Translations under genes and position numbers: made by a program
Assembly (NCBI GenBank): GCA_020536535.1
Contig: JAHLWZ010000497.1
Span: 1-48,273 of the forward strand
Source: Pelomyxa schiedti
Taxonomy: Eukaryota; Protista; Evosea
Direction of reading: 5' to 3'
Length of the DNA stretch: 48,273 bases
Notes under the pieces: model-generated
Told to the model about the DNA's origin: nothing
Databases searched by the model: none
What the model saw: only the letters and a program-made list of their open reading frames with translations
Part shown: positions 12,818 to 26,085 of the stretch, piece after piece
How positions within the stretch are numbered: the first letter of the stretch is position 1
How the letters are laid out: every line of letters begins with the position of its first letter

Positions 12818-15800
12818 ATGTTCCTGGAGTGGGTGGCGCAAGTAACGGGTCTCTTACACAGTCCCGGTATGTAAAAGCGAAAAAAAAAAAAAAACCCGAA
12901 CCACACATTCGATCGTAGATGTCGTGCATCAGCGTAGATATTTATTTCTCTTTTTTTTTTTTTTTTAGCTTTCAAAAAATATGTATTTTATGTAAACATA
13001 TTAGTTAGCATGTGAAATGGCGGGGTGGTATGCTAACTTGGTTATTCCCCTCTTGGAGATACGAATATTCTCAATACCGTGTTTCCTATAAGTGTACAGC
13101 GGACTATTGTTAGTAATGTAGTTACATACTTTATGGGATCAGAGCAGAACGGAATAAACATATCCCTGTTGTTGCCTACTCAGGCCCATGTTTTCTGGTG
13201 AGGCTACCATATTCTTGAGGATAATAAATGACTTTTCGCTCAGGGTTATGGAGTGTATTGGGCAGGGATTCCGCCTTCCACTCATTGACCACAACCTCAT
13301 TACACAGTGCATTGATCTTTATACAAAGTGGATTCAATCACCCCCTGAGAGGCAGCCTGCTTGGATCCGGTCCAACCTCGATGCGTATTACGTGGTATGT
13401 GCCTTACTAACTCGTCTTTTCCTCCTTTAATTGAAAGGCAGCTTTGTCTGAAACACCTCTCTCTTCTCTTCTCGAATCGCACAAAAGTACGGGAGGATAT
13501 ACAGACACATGTTACGTTATCCCTCAGAGCTTTAAATACTTTCTCCATTGTGACCAAACTCAAATTACACCCTGAAACTTGGGAGGTGATGCTGAAATTG
13601 CTCCTTGGAATGACAGATTCTTTACTGTGCACCAACAACTTTGAGGAGGAGAGCTGTGGCGACTTGATAGCAGATAGACTTTTGCAGGTATAGAAATGTT
13701 GAATTCCAATAATTTAACTCTTCGTGTTAGGTACTTTATGATGCGTGGTTAACATCTGGTAATACAAACGTTGATTTATGGAATTCCTTTTTCAAACTCC
13801 ACAAAAATTGGTGAGGAACCTACAACTTCTTCTCAGAATGAGTCTCACTGCAATGGTAGGAGTACTCATCTTGCTGTTATCACTCAATGGGCGGCCGCAT
13901 GTAGTGCTCTTACTCGCTCGGTTCTAGCTCGTCTTTATACACCAAATCCTCCTACAGTGGTTCACATCTGGGTTAGGTATGAGATCCACTCCAATCCAAC
14001 TGACTTTTTACCAAGTGCAACAATCACCTCTGTTATCGATATCAATGATGATTATGTATTCTATGTGTGGCAAAGATTTCTACGTATTGACTATAGTGGA
14101 ATAGTGTGCTAATAAATAAACTTGACAATAGACCTACTTGGAAATGTAGTTTATATACCTTCACCAAACAATTATCGGGTGGCGATGAGTGGAATATGCA
14201 TATGCATAGAGGTACTACCAAGAGCCTAACATGCGTGACTTGGCATTAGGACTTCCTACAAATTATTCAAAATTGTACACCTGGCGCTCCTGATGGTAAC
14301 ACTATATTGAACATATTTGCTGGTCCTCTTTTCGAGGCAGTTATAAAAAACCGCCCAGGGTAAGAATTCTTTAATCCAACTGGGAATCAACAAAAACCCA
14401 GCTATGAAGAAGGAACTTCATTTGCTATAGAAGGTTTGTGTAAGATCTTCTTCAACTGCAAGAGAAGCATATTTGCCCCAAAATATCTTGCGGGGTTCAT
14501 AAGAGCTGCAAAAGCGGTATACCGACCCCCAGTAAACCGAATAGTAACGCCATAAGGCTCTGGCAACAGGAGATGCAAAAAATATGACCCTGATCTCTTT
14601 GCTGTTACACTCCCAGGTTGACTTGACTGACTAATTAAAAATCCCGTTGAAGTTTGACAGAACCTTATCCCAACGGAAATCACGGGCTTCAAAATACTAA
14701 TTCCATACTATGTTCACGCTATTTCCAGGATTCTGAAGCAGGTTCCTTTTTTATTAAAATGTAACCACCCTAAAACTTCCTTCAGAATCCTTCCACTTTC
14801 AGATGTGGTATGCCAGTAGAGACAGTGCGACGTGCATGCCTCAATATTCTATGCCACATAATGTGCTATGCGTGCAAATATCAGAAAACTCCTTTCCCGG
14901 CAGATTCCTCACTAGAAGTACATTTCAATGGGTTTTAAATGGGTCTCTCACTCTCTGAAGGGAGATTCAGTTGTCGAGACCTTTTACGATCTGGAACACC
15001 ACATTGGCTTAATGCTGCTTACGGCCCTTGACAATGAAATTAGTTCTTCCAATCTTAAATGTCTTCTGAGGTAAGACCCGTACCCTGTTCCATACACTCA
15101 ACTTGGTAGCCAATCACTTGCTTTCATACTGGAATTCTTACCAACATCTGAGTCCACCAAGTTCAGTATAGTGGCGCCTCAGGCTGGACCACAAGTTGCA
15201 CCACTATTTGTTTGGTCTTTATTGCACCTCATTTTGAAAAATGTTGGTGTTAACTACCTTTCTCTCACTAAGCTTTACTTAGTTAGGAGCTTCAAAATGG
15301 CCGTCAGACGTTTCCTGTTGTGCTCTCAGCACACTATGTGAAATTGTAGTTAAGTATCAGTACATAGAAAGAGCTGATCAGGTAACTCATATTTAGCAGA
15401 TCTCCATTTGAATTCATATTTCTTTAGTATGCACAACAACTTGTATCTCAGCTTTCTCAGCTTGTCCGGAGTCTGCTAGATGACCCCTCTTCTTCTGAAC
15501 ATGTTGTGGCAGAAAGTTATAGATGTATAGCAACTTGGGCAATGGTTAATGACAGTAAATGGCTATTTGCCAACTTACGCACACTTTCTTCTATGGTGGA
15601 AGTTGCTGTTTTAGGAATACCTTCTTTGGTTCCAACTTTTCCATCACTCCTAAGTTAATCATCTCCTCAGAATAAAGCAGCTCCGAAAAAGAAAGAAAGT
15701 CCAATGATTACTGTTTGTAACTTTAGCCGCATCGATTTTCACTAACTGATTAATGCAAGGATGCCGCCATTTCTACCTTGTTATGTTGTGGAAATCAACT

Positions 15801-18420
15801 TGGAGCTTTTCCGTCACGTAAACACCAAGAAAACAAGCTGCAATCTTACTCTATTAGCGGCAGGATCAGAAAGAATGTCAGCTCATGTCACAGAGGAGAT
15901 GCTCCTATCCCGAATATGTGAGACATCCAACATACCTTTGGAAGAGTCAAACCAACTCGTGAGATACTTTATGATGGATGACAACATTATAATTTCACTC
16001 ATTGACATTCCATCTCTGAGTTCTGATGGGGGTTGAGACCTCATAAAAACCTTTCTGTTTACATTTTGCAGTACTTGTTTCCACTATGATTACCAGGGAC
16101 CGAACCGCAAAATATGTATGGCAAGGGCACATCTCCTATGCAACAACAAATGCTGCGTCAAGTGTGTGCGTTTTTCTTGTGTTACTAGTTAGTAACTCTG
16201 ACAAGGTGGTTATAAAAAACAACCGGATCTTCCTGAAAAGCTTGTTCCTAGAACATCTGAGTGGAAACAAAAATCGTACTTCAGTCTTTACTCCGTTAGG
16301 TTTCTCACTCAAAATTCAGCCTAAGTGCAACTTCTGAGCAATACCAGCAACTGACCTCTTTTTTGGAGCGGCTGGATTGCAAAGAGGAAGCGGTTCCCGA
16401 AATCCCTGAAATTATCAGTCGTGACCAAGCTGAATTAGAAGCCAAGTCTTATGGGTATCCATGCATTTCGAAATGGCACCTTACTAAATTCTCAGTCTTT
16501 TGGGTAAGACTTGGGCTGAACCTCCACCAACATTCGAAGTCACACAGCAATCCCAATTCCGGGCTGGTCGAGTTCTGGCAGCTCATGTATATTGTGTCGT
16601 AGATCTTCCTCTCCTTACCCATATTAGCTTGGTTTTGTTCAAAGCCAGCACGTCGTTGTACCGCTTGATAACTCTCCAGCTTTGATTAAATCAATTAAAC
16701 AGCTGGACCAACAACCAGAGTGGGTATCCTCCTTTTATAATCTCCTGATGAAAATCAAATAGGCGGGAATGTATGGCGATTGGCGTTGTCTATGCCAAAA
16801 CTGGCCAGTTTATGGAAGAAGACATTTATGCTAACGTACGTTTACCAGAGGACTACCAGAAATTTGTGTCCTCACTCGGCTGGGACATTCAAGTTGCCAC
16901 ACATAACGGTTTCCTTGGTGACCTAGATAGGAGAGCATTAACAGGTTGCCACCTTCGTAATAATTAAGGTCTCTTCTAAAAAAACCCTCAGGTGCAACTG
17001 CTCCTTATTATGCTAATTTTAGTACAGAAGTTATATTCCACGTTTCCTCCAAAATGCCAAACCATCAACAAAATCAGCACAAAAAGGTACTTGGGAACAA
17101 TACAACCATTATATCTGACTGGGGAAAAAGAGATTAATTGGTAAAGATTATGTTCTTATAGTTTGGTCAGAGGATGGCAACTATGATCCTTGTTGTCTGG
17201 AATCTGTATTTCATGATGTCAAAGTACAGTTAACATGTTAACTCTGTTTCACATCTAAGGGAAAAAAAGATAGTGATTTCACCCCTCCCTTCAGGCTTGT
17301 ACCGTGTCTCCACAATAGTTAATCCCAAGGTATTTTCGGTGTACTTTATTGCCCTACTTAAACATCCAGATTGTGATACCTGGACCTTTTGTCGAGGATG
17401 TCACTGTGAGCCATTTCAGTCTTGGACCTCTGGTACGAAGTCTTTCAATCACTGCCCACAGAGCAGCTCAAACACTATATGATGGAGCTTCTGCAAAACC
17501 GTATATTACTTGACTTTTTTTTTGTATATTGTGACACCAACCACCTTAGGTATTTCTTGCGGCAAAGAATTCTCTGTAATATTACAAAGGCATACAAGAA
17601 GGCTGATTTACCAAGAAACGTCCACTTTAGCTCCTTTTTCCATGTTTGTCACGGATCTCTTTTTCGATTTTACTAATTTAATAAATAAATAAATAATCAT
17701 AACAATAAAAAGCAAATTCCTACTGGCTCAAAAACCCGCGAGTCACTGAGCCCAGTCCCTGCCACCAGGAAGCCGCACCCGCTCTCATCCTCCACAAATT
17801 CACTCCCAATCATACCGGCCGCCTCCAGCACCACCACCAGCACCCCTCTCATCGGCTCCCCTCCCTCGCCGCTGTCCTCCCAGCTCCACCACTCCTCATC
17901 CTTCACGCCCGGCAGCAGCGGCATAACCTCCGCTCCTTCCTTCACAACCTCCCCGCATGACCCGCACCCCATCACTTCACACAACACAGTATTCATTCCG
18001 CTCACACCCCCGGCACCCACCACAGCCGCACCGCTTCCTCCCATGTCCCCAGCACCCACCCCTCCAACTTCCACAGCTCCTGCACCTCCCACGACCACAG
18101 CACCTTCTCCTCCCTCTTCTTCCTCATCATCCACATCCGCATCATCATCAGCAACAACACATTCATTCACCCGCGGAGTTCCAACACCAACTTTCCCGGC
18201 AATTCCATCCACATCACCACCACCCACAGCACAGAACCAGAACTCCGCATCATTATCAAATAACTCAACAACAACGGGCACAAACACAGCAGCATCATCT
18301 TTTGGTAGAATCAGGTCTGTTACACCCGGACAAATACCTCCTCAATCAAGCAATAATAATAACAGAATGAGCACCAGTGCTTGGACATTTCACAGGTCTC
18401 CAAATTCCAAAAGAACATAA
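12818..18420 (+). CDS. RALGAPB: Ral GTPase-activating protein beta-like subunit with a C-terminal Rap/Ran-GAP-like domain and a Ser/Thr/Pro-rich tail, multi-exon
   Basis: N-terminal MFLEW, WVMECIGQGFRLPL, TWEVMLKLLLGMTDSLL, PDGNTILNIFAGPLFEA; GAP region IGVVYAK...YQKFVSSLGWDI...EVIFHVSSKMP...VLIVWSED. A last intron (gtttgt...aaaag, ending 17712) joins the low-complexity frame ending at 18420. Confidence 0.85.
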
Positions 18421-18441
18421 CAATAAATAATTACTAATCTT

Positions 18442-20572
18442 TCACAATTTTGATTTTTCATTTGGCCAAATTTCTGGGTTCATGTCCCTGAGCCAACAAC
18501 GAGTGGCAAGTGGCACTCTCAGTGCACCAACACCCACAGCAAACGTCATGATGTGATCCACTGTAAGATCAGGGATACGCCTGATTGCCGATTGTGCAAT
18601 GACTGGTGACTTGATTATCACTGGAAGGAGCTTCTCCTTGACCTTTGTTGCTGTGATAGCTCCTGGGAACTGCCTCAGAATCATCTCCCACAGGAACAGG
18701 TCAAACTTGTTGTATGGAGATGGGTTAAATGGGATGCTCAGTACCTTATGGTGTGAAGTGAGGGAAGGTATGTTTGTCGTTTGGGAACTTCTTTACCTCA
18801 TCCAGTGTGATGTGGAACTTGTTGATGAGCCACTCTACACAGCTCTCTTTTCCCTGCACCATCAAGTTGAAAAGAATTGCAGCTGTTATGTGGCAATGAT
18901 CAAGCTGGAAGTGTTTGATCAACCACTTGACTGCTTTGCTTGATCTAAATCCCCCTGCCGTGGCAAGGCACCTTGCAACAGAATCTTTGGTGAACCCACC
19001 CATGGAGATGATCTTCTTGGCTTGCGTGATACCATCATGTTCAACACTTTCTTTAAGGATTCCAAAAAGGAGCTGTGTCCTTGTTGGTTCACTGATTGTG
19101 AACTTCTCAATGAGGAGACATGGAGCTGTTGATGTTGACCGCCTTCCATTGACAAGCTTATTTACAGCTTTCACAACCAGGCTCTCCTCAATGCAGCTCA
19201 TTTCAGGGTGATTCAAAATCCATTGCACACCTTTCACTCTTTCCTGAAAACATAGCATTTTCTTACAAACCTTGTACAGAAAAGAACCAGGTGTCATGTT
19301 CCAAGTGCTGAGTTGTTGCATGATGTTGAAGGTCTCGTCCAACCACGTGGCAATGATTGTGTTGTCTCTGGACAACGCTGTTGCAAGGGAGTTGCAGAGA
19401 TCCTCTGGTGAGAGTGTCACCTTTGTGGACAACCACCTCACCAGTGCAACACCATCTTTTGCCTTGGTTCTGCAGGCTGCAATGAACACATTTGGTGTTG
19501 GATTGATCGAGAACTCCTCAACAGTGAACTTCACCAATTCAAGGCCGCCTTTCCCTTCACAGAACATGACCAGAGAATAGTTGTCGGGGATTGACAGCAC
19601 AGAAAAAGCAGTTGTTGACCACCTCAGGACATCCACCCTGCTGACCCTCCTGATTGGGTTCTCCCTCACAGTAACATGCTCCCTGACATGTTCAGTAACG
19701 TATTTGCAAATCTCAAGGCAGCTGCTCTTTTTCCCAATGCAGCAGGCAATGAAGAGACCGTAGATGCGATCATCCATTGGGAAGTTCTCAAAGCACCACT
19801 TCACCACTTCCAAGCTTTCACTCTTGCATGCTTTGATCAGTATGTGTGGCCAGCTACTGTATCGGCTTACACTCTCACTTAAGTGAAAGGTGTTGAACAG
19901 CCACTGGGCCAGCTCCAGGTGGCCATGAGACACTGCACTCCGCAACGGATCGACACACTCCCAAGGATCCCTGATGTTGAACCTCTCAACCATCCACTTT
20001 GCAACATCCATGTGCCCATTCTTGCACGCCCTCTTCAGAATTCCAGAATCCCTCACGTGGTCCCCAATCCCACCACACTCAACCTCACCACCGTGGCAAC
20101 CACCACCCACAATTCCGTTGCCGCCGCCGCCGATGCAGCAGCTCCTCCACGTGAGCCCACCACCAGGCCACCTCCCGGCAGCCAACTTCTTTGCCATTTC
20201 GAGGTGCCCACCACCACACAACCCCCCAAGGACCCAAAGAACCACCTTGTTGTTGCTGCTGTTTGCCGACCCACCACGATGTCGATGTTTCGGCGCTGCG
20301 CGGCGGTTGGCGATGAGCCAGTTGACGCACGAGGTCGCGCCGGCCTCTGCGGCCGCGACTATGACGACGTGGTGGGAGGCGTAGTGGCGCAAGAGGGACG
20401 AGGACACGAGGCCGACGAGGGGGAACACGCCCTCCCCCACCCCGAACATCGTCACCGCGTGTTTGGTGTCCATTGTGCAAGACATGGGCGTCGCAGTGGG
20501 TGGTGATTGTGGGACGAGCCACGGCATCACCCACTCCCAGACGATCTTGGACAGCTCGACAACATGGAGCAT
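18442..20572 (-). CDS. Ankyrin-like repeat protein, family copy 2 (~692 aa)
   Basis: Clear paralog of copy 1; ATG at 20572; a 52-nt intron at 18745-18796 joins ORFs 18746-20599 and 18442-18684. Confidence 0.85.
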
Positions 20573-20952
20573 TTTTTGTGATTCAGAGAAAGTAAGCACT
20601 TGCCAACCCAGTCAGGCTTTTGCCAGATAACCAGGCTTTGTCTGGCTGACACCTTTTCAGAAATGCCTCCTCATTGTTTCAATTGTGTACTTCCACAAAG
20701 TACACGAACTTGGCCTTGCTCGCGAGGCTCTGGAGTCTGGAGCACTTTAGTGGGATTGGAGAGACTGAGGACTGAGCCGAATCTGGACTATTACCAGAAT
20801 GAGACAGTGAAGGAAATGATTTCTTGCAGATCTGAGGCGCCGGAGGGACACACCCACCACAGTGGAGGAGAGCCCCCCAACTTCTATTGGCGCACCTTTG
20901 TGCGGGATTGTATTTGTCGCTCTGAGACCCACAGCACAGACTACTTTAAAAA

Positions 20953-21157
20953 CGCTCTGAGAATGTGTCGCGGCGTAGATCAATAAGCTCCCCCTAAGTT
21001 GGTATCACACATTTTTGGTTTTCATCACTTCCTACGAACCCTTTGGCCACGCAGCATCCCTTCTCGATGCCCACCGCAGCAGAACCGTGGGCGTCCCTCT
21101 GGCGCCCCGCCGGTCAAAGTCAGTGACCCCCAGCCGCCGTGACACATTCTCAGAGCG
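20953..21157. repeat. 23-bp inverted repeat with a 159-bp spacer (MITE-like or RNA stem)
   Basis: cgctctgagaatgtgtcgcggcg (20953-20975) versus cgccgtgacacattctcagagcg (21135-21157); 22 of 23 positions complementary. Confidence 0.8.
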
Positions 21158-23758
21158 CTTTTTTTCGCAGGTGACCGAGTTCTTACAGATCTGAGGTATC
21201 CATGGGAATTTACCAACAATGAACCCAGTAGGTTCTTCAGCACTCTATGTTTTGCTGTTCCCTTATCACAAAAACTTTAATAAAAACTATGTATCATGTT
21301 TGTTGTGTTTTTAGAGCCAAATAAGGTCAAGAGTCATTGAGACATTGTTAGAAAGCCAAAAGAGGTCTTACATCACTCCAATGCAATGTAGTTGCAACCC
21401 ATTTGGGGGGAGCCCAGTTTCAGTAGCAGCTTTTATCTTAAGAACCTCCTTTTTTTTTCACCACCAGAATTATGGGATGTGAATTGGTACTGGAAACACG
21501 AATGGGCCTCTAGCTGCTGGTTGGAATCTCACCCACATAGTGAGTACTAACTGGGAGCCAGGGGCTGCCCCATCAGCCATCCTACTTATTGCAGCACCTT
21601 GTCCAAGGGCTCCCATCTTGGACACCTCCACAAGAACACCATTCACATCAAACACTAACAACAACCATGGCATGATGATGGGATGCATGATGGTCAGTGC
21701 CTGGGTGGTGGGCCTGTGTACAAGAGTGGTGGGTGGGCCACCCATATCATGACCCCTGATCTGTAGAGGCAAGCCCCCTTCAACCTCAAGGTGGAAATCA
21801 TCTCCCCTTGTGAGTAGTCAGGGTTAAGAGTTCCTTAGCCCAAGGAGTTACCTGCTTGAAGAAGAGCCCCACATGACCAGGATATTGTGACATAGAAACC
21901 AGAGATTAACCAGCAGGAAGAATGGTGGACGATGTAAGGTTTGCTGTAAGAAGTTAAATTGCAGCACAATAGGAGATGGAAACCTGAGTGTTGACCAAGC
22001 AGTATGTGGAGGTGATGTACAATTACTGGAATTATATGCTATGTGGAATCTGTGCACATTGAGATGCCAATATCAGCATAGCATACCGGCAAAATGACAA
22101 CAGTGTACAAAGATTTTGCACTGCCTCACCAACATAAAGAGCAACTCACACAAGCAGTTAAAATATGGACAACCTGAATGCAATGAATCGGAGGCACAAA
22201 CAGAGAAAGGCACTGCATACACAGGTAAAGCATATTTAGGGAAATGTGAAAATGCCAGCAAGATAGCAGCAATAAATCAAGACAAGAAGATACATAGCTT
22301 TGCATAAGTTCGCCAAGTAAGGAAATTACAAAGCGCTTTCAAATTGGACCTAGTGCTGGAGTTAGAAGCAAACTATGAGGAAGTAAACAGACCCGCAGTC
22401 GCCAAGCAAAGAATACTGAGAGGTGGACCAGGCATCATTTCCAATCATCTGTGCACACTCTCAAACCTGCAATGCACAAGTTAGACCAATGTATACACCT
22501 TTCAATTGCACATACTGGGGAAAAGCCAAACATACAGCTCAACAGTAATGGCACTGAGAAGCAACCACAAGGAAATGGCAAATTATGGGCATCAAAAAAG
22601 GATACCCCAAGGAAAGGCAGAAGCTGATTCAGCAGAACCCAAGTAGAATTGCTGAAGTTGGAGCTTTGATATCAATACAAGAGGGCAACACCTAAAAATC
22701 AGCTTAGAAGGATACAGTGTACCCATATTCAGCATACTTGCTGTAAGAAGCCAAAGCCCAAAGTAAGAGAAGCGGCGATAGTGTAATCCCACAGGGAGGC
22801 ACAGTACATAGCAAGAAGGGTGAGAGAATTTTTCAGCATAACAAGCACTTTGTCCCATGATGCTGGCCACTGGTCAGTAATATTATCATATCAATCATAC
22901 TTTACATTGCTGGTGGCCAAAGTAGGCAATGTGCAGACAATTATTCAAAGTCTGCAGAAGAGCACCCTAAAAAGAAAAGAAAAACAGCCATGGTTTTTCT
23001 TCTTGTTGCCACTTCTCCAAATGCTCTCTGCCTCTTTTCTTCCATGGGGTGTAATTTTTGGATCTATGTACATTTTAGGGTTTGTATTCAAGAAGGCAAA
23101 ACCTTAGGAAGGATGATTTCGTAAATGAGTTGGCAAGTGGCTGAGAACTCCTGATGTTTTCGACTCACCGACGTTTCTAAATCGCTGGCTTACTCACTCA
23201 TATTCATATCGCTGTGCTTCACTGTCACGGCTCAACTCCCTACTCACGTTGCCATCTTCCTTACAACTTCGCTCGGTCGCTGCTTAGTCGGCGCGTAGTT
23301 CCATACGTGACCGCCTCTCCTGACATCGCTGCCTCAATTATCCAATTTACGTCACAGGTTGGCAACCTACGGCAGTGCGGAACAAACCCTCGTTGAAATG
23401 CATTTGCAAACGAAATAAAAAAAATGATCGCACTGTGCTGCAGCCAACGGACCCCAATTGAAAAAAAGAAAAAAGTACCCGGCTGTCCTTGACTATTTTG
23501 AGGTGGGAAGCACATTGGTGTGTTTTTTGGACGTTGCCGTGCAGGAAAGTCTGCACACACCAGATTACACCGTAAAATGATACTACTACTTTTCGTTTTC
23601 TCTGATCTCTGAGGGTCCCATCGGCAACACTCCCAGGCGCGAGATGGTGTGGTCCTGCCTGCTTTGTGCCGTTGTTCACCTGTGGTACCAAGGCCAGTAA
23701 CCTAAGCCACCACACCTGTTGAACCATCAGACAGCTGTTAACGTCGATCAAATAACAA

Positions 23759-25927
23759 ATGCAGCGAGTTGTGTGGCTGTCCAAGATCGTCTGGGAGTGG
23801 GTGATGCCGTGGCTGGTCCCACAATCGCAAACGCACCCACTCGCTCCCGCAGCGTCCATGTCTCTCGCGATGGACACCAAACACGCGGTGACGATGTTCG
23901 GGGTGGGGGAGGGCGTGTTCCCCCTCGTCGGCCTCGTGTCCTCGTCCCTCTTGCGCCACTACGCCTCCCACCACCTCGCAATCGACGCGGCCGCAGAGGC
24001 CGGCGCGACCTCGTGCGTCAACTGGCTCATCACTAACAGACACACGGCGAAACATCGTGATGATGGCGAAGGCGGCGAGTGGGACGGGATTGTGGGCGCC
24101 GTCGCCGATGTATGGACCAGCAGCAGGAAAAACAACAACAACAACAACAAGGAGGTCATTTGGGTCCTTGGGGGGTTGTGTGGTGGTGGACACCTCGAAA
24201 TGGCCAAGACTCTGGTTGACGGGAGGTGGCCTGGTGGTGGACTCACGTGGAGGAGCTGCTGCAGCGGCGGCAACGGAATTGTGGGTGATGGTTCTCATGG
24301 TGGAATTGGAGACCACGTGAGGGATGTGGGAATTCTGAAGAGGGTGTGCAAGAATGGGCACATGGATGTTGCAAAGTGGGCGGTTGAGACGTTCCACATC
24401 AGGGATCCTTGGGAGTTTGTTGGTCCGTTTTGTGGTGCATTGTCTCATGGCCACCTGGAGCTGGCCCAGTGGCTGTTCAACACCTTTCACCTGGGTGAGA
24501 GTTTCAGGTACTATGATGGATGGCCATCGGTCCACCAGAAGGCATGCAAGAGTGAAAGCTTGGAAGTGGTGAAGTGGTGCTTTCAAGTATTTCCAGTCGA
24601 TAATCGATACTACAGCCTTGTCACAGGCTGCAGTAAAGGGAAAAAGAGCAACTGTGTTGATATTTGCAAATACGTTGCTAGCTGCGTATCTGTGAGGGGA
24701 AATTCATTCAGATATGCACGTCGAGTGGATGTTCTGAAGTGGTCAACATCAATGTTTCCATCAGCAATCCCCAACAACTATTCTCTGGTCAGCCTGTTCT
24801 GTGAAGGGAAAGGCGGCCTCGAATTGGTGAAGTTTGCTGTTGAGGAGTTCTCAACCAAGCCAACACCGCCTGTGTTCATTGCAGCCTGCAGAACAGAGGC
24901 CAAAGAGGGTGTTGCACTGGTGAGGTGGTTGTCCACAAAGGTTACACTCTCACCAGAACACCTCTGCGACTCCCTTGCAACCGCATTGGCCAGAGACAAA
25001 ACATCAATTGCCACGTGGTTGGATGAGACCTTTAACATCATGAAGCAACTCCCTCGTTGGAGCTTTACATCTGGTTACATCCTTTGCAAGATTTGTAAGA
25101 AAATCCGCAGATTCAAGGAAAGAGTGAAAGGTGTGCAATGGATTTTGAATCACCCTGAAATGAGATGCATTGAGGAGAGCCTGGTTGTGAAAGCTGTAAA
25201 TAAGCTCGTCAAGAGAAGGCTATCAACAGTTCCCCTTCTCCTCATTGAGAAGTTCACAATCAGTGAACCAACAAGGACACAGCTCCTTGTTGGAATCCTC
25301 AAAGAAAGTGTTGAACATGATGGCATCACACAAGCCAAGAAGATAATTTCGATGGGTGAGTTCACCAAAGATTCTGTTGCAAGGTGCCTTGCAAACGCAT
25401 GGGAATTGAGATCAAGCAAAGCAATTAAGTGGTTGATCACACACTTCCAGCTTGACCATGACGTGACATCTGGACACAGCAGGATTCTGTTCAACCTAAT
25501 TACCAATGGAAAAGAGAGCTGCACAGAGTGGCTCATCAACAAGTTCCACATCACACTGGACGAGGTAATACAACAGTAACAATTCTTCTTGCTTGTTATC
25601 TCACTTTTACGCCAGGTGCTGAGCCTCGCATTCAAGATACGCCCGTTCTACAAGTTTGACCTATTCACGTGGGAGATGATAATGAGGCAGTTCCCAGGGG
25701 CCATCACAGCAGAAGTGGTGAGGCAGAAGTTCATGGCACTGCTCATGCAGTCACCAGTAATTGCACAGTCAGCTATCATGCTTTTCCCTGATGAGCTGAC
25801 AATGAGTGGCATCATGGATTTTGCGGCTATGGACTCTGATGCATTCGCCTTTCCCCTTGCCACCCGCTGTTGGCTCAGGGACCACAACCCAGAAATTTGG
25901 CCACCAACTGACAGTGATGAGGAGTAG
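23759..25927 (+). CDS. Ankyrin-like repeat protein, family copy 3 (~705 aa)
   Basis: Paralog of copies 1 and 2; 51-nt intron at 25565-25615 (GAG|gtaata...gccag|GTG). Confidence 0.85.
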
Positions 25928-26085
25928 TTTTGATGATTTTTTTCCACACAACAGAACAGGCAAATTTTTAATGTGTTTGTGGTGCTGTTTCACTTTTTTT
26001 TCCTCTTCACTGAAAGCAAAAGAAGACAACAACTTTACAAATCCAAACATAGTGGGAGGTGGTTTTGTGTAAGGGCTTGTGTGTG

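Noticed and set aside
20600-20986. 128-aa ORF starting with TTG upstream of ankyrin copy 2
   Set aside because: Non-ATG start in a eukaryote, no motif, and it overlaps the inverted repeat arm.
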